A stretch of DNA of 41,328 nucleotides from an uncultured Syntrophaceae bacterium (GCA_903893135.1 CAITLA010000028.1:1-41328); one strand, 5' to 3'. Numbered from the stretch's first letter, positions 1-8,685 are shown. Notes: generated from the sequence alone by a model not told the origin. Made by a program: numbers and translations.

Positions 1-122
1 AGAAAAGTTGCGGCTGGAAGTCCGGTTGAAAACCCATCATGGTTCGGCACCTCATCATTCCGTGATGAAGTCTTATAAATAGTTTTTTCTCTATTTGCAA
101 AATTTATTTGGGCAACAGCCCC
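1..122 (-). mobile_element. Probable left end of an insertion sequence (IS1182/IS5-like); transposase N-terminus runs off the window
   Basis: Minus strand reads, in order: GGCTGTTGCCCAAA (120-107, IR-like), TTGCAA-N17-TATAAG (100-72), SD GAGGTG (53-48), ATG at 40 giving MMGFQPDFQPQLF. This resembles DUF772-type transposase starts from memory; only 13 codons are visible. Confidence 0.5.
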
Positions 123-172
123 TTAAGGTCTGCACTACATTCACTGGCGATACTCAATTATTTGCCCTGCCG

Positions 173-814
173 TCATAGATAATCGAACCAGTAGTTTTTT
201 ATTTTCTCGAAATTGCCTTTTACTTCCTTCTTTCCTGCCACAATTTCTCCATGTCCGCAGAGAAGATAGTCGATATCCATGCCTGATATCTTTTCTATAC
301 TTTCTTTAAGCATGCCGCCATTTCCTCCGGGCAGATCAGTGCGGCCTATACTCTCCCTGAAGACCAAGTCACCGGTGAATAATGCCTTTTTCTCAGGCCA
401 ATAGAGACAAATGGACCCCGGTGAATGTCCTGGAGTTGCGATGACCTCAAATCTGTGCTCGCCAATGGTCAAATCCCCTTCTTTAATGAAAAAATGCGGT
501 TCCGGAATCTTGAAGTATTCCCCGGCAAGCTCGCTGATAAAACGATGCTCTTGGTCATTCATGGCAAACATAGTCGCTTTGTTAAGCCCTTGCACTGCCT
601 CAAGATGATCGGGATGACCGTGTGTGACAATAGCCACATCGATCTGGTCATGGGAGATGTTGAGAGCGGCAAGACTCTTCTCCACATAAGCGAAGAGATG
701 CCGATGACCGGGATCTATGAGGATTTTCAGTTCGCCATCAATAAGGTAGGTATTGCAGTTATTCTGCGTATGGACCCTCCATATAAAGGCGTGGAGACCA
801 TCAACTATTTTCAT
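173..814 (-). CDS. MBL-fold metallo-hydrolase (glyoxalase II-like)
   Basis: THGHPDH (HxHxDH), TPGHSPG, FTGD, GRTDLPGG, CGHG motifs. Confidence 0.9.
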   Translation of the reverse strand: MKIVDGLHAFIWRVHTQNNCNTYLIDGELKILIDPGHRHLFAYVEKSLAALNISHDQIDVAIVTHGHPDHLEAVQGLNKATMFAMNDQEHRFISELAGEYFKIPEPHFFIKEGDLTIGEHRFEVIATPGHSPGSICLYWPEKKALFTGDLVFRESIGRTDLPGGNGGMLKESIEKISGMDIDYLLCGHGEIVAGKKEVKGNFEKIKNYWFDYL

Positions 815-866
815 GAGGTAATTCTTCTATCAATTTTAAGAGTGATCCACTAAAATTCACTTATCC

Positions 867-1337
867 TCAGAATTCAATACTCAGATTGACCTGCGGTTCA
901 AAGATCTTGCCGAGCGATTCAAAAGTATCCTTGTATGGCGAGTTGAGGAACATGGACGGAAGAGTCTTGATGGCATAGAGCTTGTCGCTGCCGCTTCCCG
1001 ATGCCTGGCGTCCATCAACCTGCAGCTGATCAATCAAGGTGCGTGAAAAAGATATACTGAAATTATGAAACCTGAGAACATTCAGGGGACTGTCATTTTT
1101 TCTATCCGCGGAATCGTGATCCATTGAAATAATCTTGTCTGTCTCGGTAAATTCATCCCGCGACGGCAAGAACCTGTCAGCGTCAACACTGGCCGCATGC
1201 GGCCCAAGTTCAGTTTTTGTCTTAAATGGCTCCCATGCACTAATCATTCCGGAAGCGTTGCTGTCCACCACACTCACAATTACCAGCAGGAACATATACA
1301 TGAGACATGCATATTTCGAACTATATACCTTCTTCAT
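867..1337 (-). CDS. Hypothetical exported protein
   Basis: 156 aa, basic then hydrophobic N-terminus, co-oriented between amidase and MBL genes with short gaps. Confidence 0.6.
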   Translation of the reverse strand: MKKVYSSKYACLMYMFLLVIVSVVDSNASGMISAWEPFKTKTELGPHAASVDADRFLPSRDEFTETDKIISMDHDSADRKNDSPLNVLRFHNFSISFSRTLIDQLQVDGRQASGSGSDKLYAIKTLPSMFLNSPYKDTFESLGKIFEPQVNLSIEF

Positions 1338-1358
1338 ATCCAGTACTACCGCTCCAGA

Positions 1359-3173
1359 TTACGACGGGGGAAGCCTCAGCTTCTGGTCAACGTACAGCAC
1401 ATCATTACGTCTTATCTTATTCAGCCTTCGCAATTCACTGACGCTCGTATTACATCGTCTTGCGATCTTGTCCAGTGTATCTCCCTTCTTGACCCTGTAT
1501 ACGTATGTCTTGGACTTCTTACCGGCAGCTTTCTCCGCTTCCCCTGCGTTTGCTTCCGTACGCGGAAGTTTCAATTTCTTGCCGACATACAGAGGTTCCT
1601 GCAGCTTCATCTTGTTCAGTCTCAAGAGGACGCCGATCGTCGTGTTGTTCTTTTTCGCTATCTTGTCGAGTGTGTCACCTCTTTTAACCATGTAAACTCC
1701 AGTCCCTGGCAAAGGCGCGGGAGGTGGAGATTTTTCACCACCATTTGATACTTTGAGTTCCACAGCCCTTTTCTCATCTGAAATCTCTTTCTCCGGCGCT
1801 GGAACCTTCAGAGCGCGACCGAAGTATAAAGGGTCATCGAGCTTCATATGGTTCAGTTTCAGAAGAACGCTGATCTTTGTGTTGTGCTTACGCGCAATGA
1901 TGTCCAGGGTATCGCCCCTCTTGATTGTATAGTTTGTGCTTTGCGGCGCTTTGATTTTGTCTGTATCATCAGATGAGTAGACGGATTTTTTATCATCTTC
2001 CTTTTTTGTTAAGACAATCTTAGGCGTTTTAGGCGGACGCACCGGCTGCACAGGCAAGAATTCCTTTACAGAGGCCGCTATGGCGTTTGCAATCTCCGTT
2101 TGAAATCGGCCGCTCCGCAACAGCTTCTCTTCTTTCGGATTTGAGATATAGGCAGTTTCCACCAGTAATGATGGAATCTCCGGCAGTTTCAGCACTATGA
2201 AGGGCGCTTCCTGAACCTTTCTGAATTTCACTTGAGTCACCCTGTCCAGATGTCTAAGAACACTACCGCCAAATGTTCTTGACGAGTTGATAGTATTTGT
2301 CTGAAACATATTCAAGATGATGGGGTCCGACTCGTCGCTATTTTCCCCATTCGGGGAACCTCCGATTATATCGGCCATATTTTCATTCCTCGCCAGAAGC
2401 TTGGCGGCTTCACTGCTTGCCCCTCTCAGCGACAGGCAGTAAACAGAGCTGCCCCTGGCGCTTCTGAGTCTGAAGGCGTCTGCGTGGATGCTCAGAAATA
2501 GATCGGCCCCGTATTCCCGAGCAATTTTCAGCCTCTTTTTGAAGGGCACGTAGTAATCACCATCTCTTGTAAGAAAGGCTCGGTAACCTTCCTTGCTGTT
2601 CAAGATATCCCTTAATTTCCTGCTGATATCCAGAACGACATTCTTCTCCTGTGTCTTCATCTTCCCGACTGCCCCTGGATCATCTCCCCCATGACCCGGA
2701 TCGATGACAATGATCTTGTTCTTTCGTAGAACCTTCTCCTCTTTTCTTTCCTTGCTTTCCTGTTTCTCCACGTCGGGGAATTCAATGTCAATGACAATAC
2801 GGTCGGGTTTGTCCTGATATTTCTTTTGCTTAAATACCTTCGTTTCAACATTTTCACCAAGCGACAATTCTATTCTGATGATGCCTTGAGGAAGCGGCTT
2901 AATCATTATTTTGTCGATTCCCGGCTTGTTTAAAATGAACTCATGGGGAAAGTCTTCCCCTACGCGGGTTTCTTTAAGATCGATAAACAATTTTTTGTCG
3001 GCTTCTTCTACCGTATAAGAGACATCATCACTCACATCGATGACGACCCTCGTATGATCGGGCGCAGCCCAATGCCGAATATTAAGGATATTGCTCTGGG
3101 CAAATACTGGATGTGTGTGGAAGATCACACTCATCATGATAAATAGAAAGGTGATTTTGTATACTCGTATCAT
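1359..3173 (-). CDS. N-acetylmuramoyl-L-alanine amidase (AMIN + Amidase_3 + three LysM)
   Basis: Signal peptide, HTRVVID (AMIN), IDPGHGGDDPGA, SIHAD, LVETAYISN, three YxV/IKxGDTLDxIA LysM repeats. Confidence 0.93.
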   Translation of the reverse strand: MIRVYKITFLFIMMSVIFHTHPVFAQSNILNIRHWAAPDHTRVVIDVSDDVSYTVEEADKKLFIDLKETRVGEDFPHEFILNKPGIDKIMIKPLPQGIIRIELSLGENVETKVFKQKKYQDKPDRIVIDIEFPDVEKQESKERKEEKVLRKNKIIVIDPGHGGDDPGAVGKMKTQEKNVVLDISRKLRDILNSKEGYRAFLTRDGDYYVPFKKRLKIAREYGADLFLSIHADAFRLRSARGSSVYCLSLRGASSEAAKLLARNENMADIIGGSPNGENSDESDPIILNMFQTNTINSSRTFGGSVLRHLDRVTQVKFRKVQEAPFIVLKLPEIPSLLVETAYISNPKEEKLLRSGRFQTEIANAIAASVKEFLPVQPVRPPKTPKIVLTKKEDDKKSVYSSDDTDKIKAPQSTNYTIKRGDTLDIIARKHNTKISVLLKLNHMKLDDPLYFGRALKVPAPEKEISDEKRAVELKVSNGGEKSPPPAPLPGTGVYMVKRGDTLDKIAKKNNTTIGVLLRLNKMKLQEPLYVGKKLKLPRTEANAGEAEKAAGKKSKTYVYRVKKGDTLDKIARRCNTSVSELRRLNKIRRNDVLYVDQKLRLPPS

Positions 3174-3405
3174 ATGGCCGAATCTTTTAAATTTTGCGCC
3201 AATCTATCAGATTTACCATATGATATCAATGCCCTTATGCTGACTTGGCCGGGTTAGAGGTCTTGTTAAGAAAAGATTAGAATCACATCCAAGAGGCATG
3301 CCCGCTTTTACACAAGGGAATTCTATAACGTCTCCAGGAATATAAAATATATTGACAATTTCTTTTCATAATGACATTTTCCAGGGCACATATCGGAGCC
3401 AAACC

Positions 3406-4275
3406 ATGCAAATTAAGAACATCTTTTCTCAAAAAAAATTTATCCTCTCCTTTGAGGTTTTCCCGCCTAAGAGGGAAGGTAATCTTGATAGTCTGTATGT
3501 AACGATTACGGAACTGGGGGAATTGAAGCCTGATTTCATCTCCGTAACCTATGGAGCGGGAGGAAGCACGAGGGAGAAAACCATAGAAATCTCCTCCAAG
3601 GTCAAGAATGGATTTAATCTGGAAGCGCTGGCCCATTTAACTTGCGTACAGTCCACGAAAGATGACATAGCAATCATTCTCGACATGCTTAAGGAGGAAA
3701 ATGTTGAAAACATCCTTGCCTTGCGGGGTGACCCGCCCGAAGGTACGGAGAGATTCATAAAAACAGAGGGTGGATTTGAGTATGCAAACGAACTGGTCCA
3801 GTTTATCAAGACCCGCCATAACTTCTCAGTGGGAGTGGCCGGTTATCCCGAAGGACATATCGAGGCGCCCAACCTGAAGGCAGATATGATTAATCTGAAG
3901 CGGAAGGTAGAGGCAGGTGCAGATTTTATTATTACCCAACTATTCTTCGATAATGACGCTTTTTATAATTTCCGGGATCATGCAATGACACTGGGAATTG
4001 CCGTCCCCATATTACCCGGGATTTTTCCCATCCTGAACTACAATCAGATCATAAGGATCACATCTCTTGCAGGTGTCAGGATACCTCCCAAGCTTGGTGA
4101 GAATGTGGAAAAGAACAAGGACAAGCCACAAGAAGTGGAAAAGTACGGAATAGAATACGCGATCATTCAGGTTGATAATCTAATCAAGAACGGAATAGCC
4201 GGTCTCCACCTTTACTGCATGAATAAGAGCCATCCGGTAAAGAAAATATTAGCGGATCTCTCTTTGTCACGGTGA
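3406..4275 (+). CDS. metF: 5,10-methylenetetrahydrofolate reductase
   Basis: SFEVFPPK, SVTYGAGGS, AHLTC, LALRGD, AGYPEGH, ITQLFF; ATG 3406 follows GGAG. Confidence 0.95.
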   Translation: MQIKNIFSQKKFILSFEVFPPKREGNLDSLYVTITELGELKPDFISVTYGAGGSTREKTIEISSKVKNGFNLEALAHLTCVQSTKDDIAIILDMLKEENVENILALRGDPPEGTERFIKTEGGFEYANELVQFIKTRHNFSVGVAGYPEGHIEAPNLKADMINLKRKVEAGADFIITQLFFDNDAFYNFRDHAMTLGIAVPILPGIFPILNYNQIIRITSLAGVRIPPKLGENVEKNKDKPQEVEKYGIEYAIIQVDNLIKNGIAGLHLYCMNKSHPVKKILADLSLSR

Positions 4276-4390
4276 CCAGGAAAGAATGTAGATGCCCAGA
4301 TAGAAGTAGAGTATACAAGCCATAATGTATATTAACGCATCTCGCTTGCATCGATTCTGTGCAGATTATTAAAGCCCCGTGGACATAACC

Positions 4391-4467
4391 GGGCGATTAG
4401 CTCAGTTGGATAGAGCGCTGGTCTCCGGAACCAGAGGCCGCGAGTTCAAGTCTCGCATCGCCCGCCA
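4391..4467 (+). tRNA. tRNA-Arg(CCG)
   Basis: Acceptor stem GGGCGAT/ATCGCCC, D arm GCTC/GAGC, anticodon stem CTGGT/ACCAG with CCG, T loop TTCAAGT, encoded CCA. Confidence 0.96.
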
Positions 4468-4524
4468 ATTATATTCAATACCTTACGTTACCTTTTCACC
4501 ATCTGGTAGAAACTCTCAAAACAA

Positions 4525-4580
4525 TTTCCAACCTAGTTTCCAACCTCTGCCCCTAACTGCTTTTGCCGCTAATTCCAACC
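4525..4580 (+). repeat. Short direct repeats TTTCCAACCT (possible integrase arm-type sites)
   Basis: Exact copies at 4525-4534 and 4537-4546; partial TTCCAACC at 4573-4580. Confidence 0.6.
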
Positions 4581-4753
4581 AGAAAAAGCCTGCGGAGGTT
4601 TCCTTGATTTTCACGGTTTTTTTCGGACACGGGAAATGGGTAGGAAGCTGATTCTGGTGGCAACCTCGTGAGCCTCTTTATATGATTCGTATATATCACG
4701 TTCATATTGGCTTTCAAGTGTAAAACATGATAGTTTATGCACCTCTATGCCGA

Positions 4754-5445
4754 GGCAATAACGGTCAACCAGATGTATAGAAAATGCTCAGTATGTGAAA
4801 TCTTAAAGACCCATGATTCCTTCTACAAAGACAAGAGCGGAAGGGATGGTATCGGTTATTGTTGTAAAGATTGTGCTAAGGAGAAAGCACGGCTTTGGCG
4901 AGAAAGCAATCCACAACGGTCAAAGGAAAGTATTAAGAAAAGTGAGAAGAAAAATCCACAAAAAGGCAGGGAGCGTAGCCGTCGGTATCTTATGAAACAT
5001 CCCGAAAGGCGAAGAGCGGCGATTAAATCGTGGAAAACAAGGCATCCCGAAAAGGTACGAGAGGCTAATAGGCGGCACGATAGAAAGACAAGAGGCACAA
5101 TTAAGGGTGACCTAAATAACCGAATGGCTGTTATGATTTGGTATGGACTCAGGGGAAATAAAAACAATCGTGCCTGGATGTCCCTTGTCGGTTACACTGT
5201 TGATGAGCTTATCGCCCACCTTGAAAAACTATTCCTTCGGGGTATGTCCTGGGAAAATCGCAGTAAATGGCACATAGACCATATCATGCCAATTGATTCT
5301 TTTTCCTTTAATTCGGCAGAAGATGACGGATTTAAAAAATGTTGGGCATTGGAAAACTTACAACCGCTATGGAAAGAAGATAATTTAAAGAAAAGTAATA
5401 AGATATTGAACACCATTTAATACCGTTGACCGCTCTGGGCAATAA
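4754..5445. repeat. Direct and inverted repeat pairs flanking the HNH gene
   Basis: GGCAATAA at 4754-4761 and 5438-5445; CGGTCAAC at 4762-4769 and GTTGACCG at 5425-5432. Confidence 0.75.
4773..5420 (+). CDS. Phage/virus-type HNH endonuclease with N-terminal Zn finger
   Basis: CSVC...CKDC, four basic N/H-P-Q/E-R/K repeats, GMSWEN...WHIDHIMP...WALENLQPLW..DNLKK. Alternative start at 4737. Confidence 0.85.
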   Translation: MYRKCSVCEILKTHDSFYKDKSGRDGIGYCCKDCAKEKARLWRESNPQRSKESIKKSEKKNPQKGRERSRRYLMKHPERRRAAIKSWKTRHPEKVREANRRHDRKTRGTIKGDLNNRMAVMIWYGLRGNKNNRAWMSLVGYTVDELIAHLEKLFLRGMSWENRSKWHIDHIMPIDSFSFNSAEDDGFKKCWALENLQPLWKEDNLKKSNKILNTI

Positions 5446-5521
5446 TCCATTATAGCTTTCTTTCGTGACATAATATATTATAATATGTTTTGAACGAGCT
5501 GAGACCTGTATTGTCAACTCC

Positions 5522-5545
5522 AAAAAAGGGTCAGTTTCCCGACCC
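5522..5545 (-). terminator. Intrinsic terminator
   Basis: Minus strand GGGTCGG-GAAA-CTGACCC-TTTTTT (GNRA loop, U tract). Confidence 0.75.
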
Positions 5546-5605
5546 CTCTTTTGAGATTTGAAAAAAAATGAGATGCATGGTTTGTAAGATAGGCAGTGTT
5601 TAAGA

Positions 5606-6583
5606 ATGATTGATATTCCCACTATATTTATTTTGGGAGCTGGAGCTAGTAAACCGTATGGCTATCCAGTAGGTACGGAATTGAGAGCTGAGATCATAAG
5701 AGATTTTTCTCGTCTTTTTGAATATATATTAGGTAATAGTTCTTCAATGCAACCATCGGAAAAAGAGAGGCACTTGCGGCAGGCCAATTATTTTGTCGAA
5801 AAATTCGCAGCATCTCCTATAGATTCTATTGATAGATATTTATCGATTAATCCAGATTTTGAATACTATGGAAAAATAGCAATTACGATTTGTATACTAA
5901 TGAGGGAAAAAAATTATAACTTTCGCGACCAAATGATACAGCCTTACTATAACGAGGATTGGTTTAGACTTCTTTTTAACCGCATGGTAACAACTTTTAA
6001 AGGGCCTCAGGACTACGAAAAGTTCCGAGATAATAAGATAGCATTTATTACATTCAATTATGATAGGTCTCTGGAGTATTTTTTATATAACGGTTTCTAT
6101 AATTCTTTTTACCAGAACAGAAATAATTTTGAGCATACAATGGACGAATTTATCCCTTTTCCAATTGTACATATATACGGGCAAGTCAATAAATTATCTC
6201 CAATAGAATGGTCTCAAAGTAATGATTATGGTCAAGATTTTCTTAGTTATAAGATGATTGAAGATTTTTCAAAAGGAATAACAGTAGTCGGTGAGAGAAC
6301 AAAAGAAGATTTGAAGGAAACGTTAAGTAAATTGATTGCTGACTTCAAAAGGATATTCTTCTTAGGTTTCAGCTACGCAGAGGAAAACATGGAGGGGATT
6401 GGTTTAATTGATATGTTTGATAAAACGCACCGCATATATGGCTCTGCAATAGAAATGACCGATACGGAGATAGCTTATGTCATGTCCCGTCTTTCAGGAA
6501 AATCGAAAGACGGAAAGAGTATTAAGACCCGCACTTCGGTCTTGAATAAAAATTCCTATAATCTGTTGAGGGAATATCTTTAA
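5606..6583 (+). CDS. Stand-alone SIR2-like (SIR2_2-type) protein
   Basis: FILGAGAS..YGYP, ITFNYD, VHIYG, IFFLGFSY motifs; AT-rich codons. Confidence 0.8.
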   Translation: MIDIPTIFILGAGASKPYGYPVGTELRAEIIRDFSRLFEYILGNSSSMQPSEKERHLRQANYFVEKFAASPIDSIDRYLSINPDFEYYGKIAITICILMREKNYNFRDQMIQPYYNEDWFRLLFNRMVTTFKGPQDYEKFRDNKIAFITFNYDRSLEYFLYNGFYNSFYQNRNNFEHTMDEFIPFPIVHIYGQVNKLSPIEWSQSNDYGQDFLSYKMIEDFSKGITVVGERTKEDLKETLSKLIADFKRIFFLGFSYAEENMEGIGLIDMFDKTHRIYGSAIEMTDTEIAYVMSRLSGKSKDGKSIKTRTSVLNKNSYNLLREYL

Positions 6584-6857
6584 TACACCACCTCAAGCAA
6601 GAGCTTTTCATATCCCTGAAGCCTTCCCTGCCGTTTATGTCGATATAAGCCGTTCGCCGTGTGTTCGGGGTTAAAGGAAAACAGTTTTAATATCCTCTTT
6701 GGTCGGCGCCCCCTAGTTGAAAAAAGCCGCCTCGATGGTCAACTAAGTCCTGGAATCACTGATAAATCGGTACATTCCATTTCCTGCATAAAAAATCTTG
6801 ATTTATTGAAAAGAATATTATAAAAGCCAAGTCCACTTAAAATCTTAATATTCAGGA

Positions 6858-6902
6858 CTCCTTGTTCGGACAAACAGTTCGGACTTTAGAGCCATGAGGA
6901 GG
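6858..6902 (+). promoter_or_regulatory. Probable rpsF leader hairpin (S6:S18 autoregulation)
   Basis: CTCCTTGT (6858-6865) can pair with ATGAGGAG (6894-6901), which holds the SD; CC just before the 3' strand. Confidence 0.55.
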
Positions 6903-6908
6903 TAGAAG

Positions 6909-7346
6909 TTGAAAAGATACGAAACTATTTTTATTGTCCAGATCGACCTTCCCACCGACGAACTCAACAGCCTTATCGAACGATATAGAGCCATCGTAAC
7001 TGCTCTCAAGGGCACCATCATCAAAGTCGAAAAATGGGGCAAGAGAAAATTAGCTTACGAGATTAAGAAACAATCAAATGGCTACTATGTCATGATCGAT
7101 TTCGCGGGCAAGAGCGCCATCATCGACGAACTGGAAAGAAATTTCAAGATTGATGACAAGATCTTGAAATTCATGACCATAATGAAGGATGGCAATGTTG
7201 ATCTGGCGGCGATAGAGAAAGAAACGCAAGAAAAAAGTCAGACTGAAGCGACACGTGCGGCGCTGGTGGTCGAAAGCCGGGAAAGTGCTGGACCGAAGAT
7301 AGAGACCGATGCAAGCAAAGACTCCTCATCATCAGAGTCTATATAA
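6909..7346 (+). CDS. rpsF: 30S ribosomal protein S6
   Basis: RYETIFI, WGKRKLAYEIKK; TTG start after GGAGG. Confidence 0.96.
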   Translation: MKRYETIFIVQIDLPTDELNSLIERYRAIVTALKGTIIKVEKWGKRKLAYEIKKQSNGYYVMIDFAGKSAIIDELERNFKIDDKILKFMTIMKDGNVDLAAIEKETQEKSQTEATRAALVVESRESAGPKIETDASKDSSSSESI

Positions 7347-7387
7347 ACGCTGATATAACGGGAAAACGGAGGGGAAAAGTATAGCAG

Positions 7388-7666
7388 ATGCCAACACCAT
7401 CAAGAGACACAAGGACACCAAGAACGGATTCGAGACCGCAGAAGAAATTTTACCACAAGAGAAAATTTTGTCGTTTTTGTACAGACTCAGATATAAGAAT
7501 TGAATACAAAGAACCTCTTGTCCTGAAGGATTATATAACGGACAGGGGCAAGATCATACCCAGAAGAATTACTGGAAATTGTGCCAAACATCAAAGGGAA
7601 GTTACTGTGGCCATAAAGAGGGCGAGGACCATAGCCCTGTTGCCCTTTGTCGTCTCCGAATGGTAA
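7388..7666 (+). CDS. rpsR: 30S ribosomal protein S18 (Zn-binding form)
   Basis: [34 protein letters not shown]. Confidence 0.97.
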   Translation: MPTPSRDTRTPRTDSRPQKKFYHKRKFCRFCTDSDIRIEYKEPLVLKDYITDRGKIIPRRITGNCAKHQREVTVAIKRARTIALLPFVVSEW

Positions 7667-7716
7667 AATGAAATTGGAAGATGGCCGCTTCAGATCAAGA
7701 TTGACGGATTCAGACT

Positions 7717-8685
7717 TTGAGCAAAGAAAGGGGTGCATTCTTTAAGAGTGATTTTTTCACGGGTGTAGCCGTATCCTCCCTGGCCTTTCTCGCTGCCTCG
7801 CTCATTCCTATACTGGGTGCTTTCTTTCTTATCCTGACACCCCTGCCAATTATTTATTATTATTCCAAGACGGGCAGGACACAGGGATTGGCAATATTTA
7901 TCGCATCTCTTTTTCTGGTCGCCATAGTCTTAACACTTTCGGGTGCCGCTGCTAATCTTCCATTTTTATTTATAACGGGATTCTTGGGGCTCTTTCTTTC
8001 AGAAATTTTTCGCAGGAATTACTCAATTGAAAAAACTGTCGTTTACCCTGTGACAGCGACCTTGATACTATGGTGCTCTTTTATCGTTCTTCAGAGTCTT
8101 TCAGTAGGGGAAGATCCGTGGCGTCTTGTTGAGGATTACATCGGCAGAAATATCCAGGAAAGCATTCAATTCTATGCTCAACTGGATATTCCGGCGGAAC
8201 AAATCGACCTTCTTAAGGATAATTTTAAACAGATAACCAGCTTCCTTGCAAACATTTTCCCTGCTCTTGTCCTGGTAAGCGCTTCCTTCATAGTGTGGCT
8301 TAATATACTGGCAGCAAGAGAAATATTTCAAAGAACCGGAATGTGGCAGCCCAATTTCGGCGATCTTGCCCGCTGGAGGGCTCCGGAGGGGCTGATATGG
8401 CTTCTCATTGCCGCCGGAGGATTGCTTTTAGTCCCTGTTTCGTTGGTAAGGATTGTCAGCCTCAATCTCGTAATCGTTTGCCTGTTTGCGTATCTTCTTC
8501 AGGGTTTGTCAATCATAAGTTTTTTGTTCAAGACAAAAAATGTTCACAGATCTTTCAGGATACTTTGCTATTGTCTTATTTTTGCCCAACAATATATAAT
8601 TATCCTCATAGCTGCCGTGGGCATCTTTGATCTGTGGGTTGATTTCAGAAAATTTATTAAACCAGTAACGCTCTCCACTTCTTAA
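7717..8685 (+). CDS. DUF2232/YybS family membrane protein
   Basis: Multi-TM protein with QGLS and GIFDLWVDFRK; typical position between rpsR and rplI. Confidence 0.85.
   Translation: MSKERGAFFKSDFFTGVAVSSLAFLAASLIPILGAFFLILTPLPIIYYYSKTGRTQGLAIFIASLFLVAIVLTLSGAAANLPFLFITGFLGLFLSEIFRRNYSIEKTVVYPVTATLILWCSFIVLQSLSVGEDPWRLVEDYIGRNIQESIQFYAQLDIPAEQIDLLKDNFKQITSFLANIFPALVLVSASFIVWLNILAAREIFQRTGMWQPNFGDLARWRAPEGLIWLLIAAGGLLLVPVSLVRIVSLNLVIVCLFAYLLQGLSIISFLFKTKNVHRSFRILCYCLIFAQQYIIILIAAVGIFDLWVDFRKFIKPVTLSTS

Larger units (their letters stand above)
4611..5471 (-). pseudogene. Putative 58-aa gene split by the HNH cassette (segments 5471-5439 and 4754-4611)
   Basis: Manual translation: MSRKKAIMDYC + LGIEVHKLSCFTLESQYERDIYESYKEAHEVATRISFLPISRVRKKP*, in frame when joined at the GGCAATAA duplication. 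Confidence 0.4.
4468..6780. mobile_element. Small genomic islet / decayed integrative element at the tRNA-Arg 3' end; right boundary approximate
   Basis: Non-core HNH and SIR2-like genes, visibly AT-rich, IHF-like site and short direct repeats after the tRNA; no integrase and no second att core seen. Confidence 0.7.

Noticed and set aside
3174-3405. SAM/SAH riboswitch upstream of metF
   Set aside because: No recognisable conserved motifs in a short AT-rich leader.
4379-4651. 90-aa ORF
   Set aside because: Runs through tRNA-Arg; spurious.
4468-5605. CRISPR-like array or IscB/HEARO-type guide RNA beside the HNH gene
   Set aside because: No repeat-spacer periodicity; the protein lacks recognisable PLMP or RuvC motifs.
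6580-6745. Minus-strand open frame, half-terminator AAAAAAGCCGCCTC and another GGTCAAC at 6737
   Set aside because: No start codon or recognisable homology; a 7-mer match can be chance. Possibly island debris.
6584-6850. Second att core duplicating the tRNA-Arg 3' end
   Set aside because: No copy of TCGCATCGCCCGCCA found by eye.
7347-7387. No ssb/priB between rpsF and rpsR
   Set aside because: Ordinary arrangement in deltaproteobacteria.
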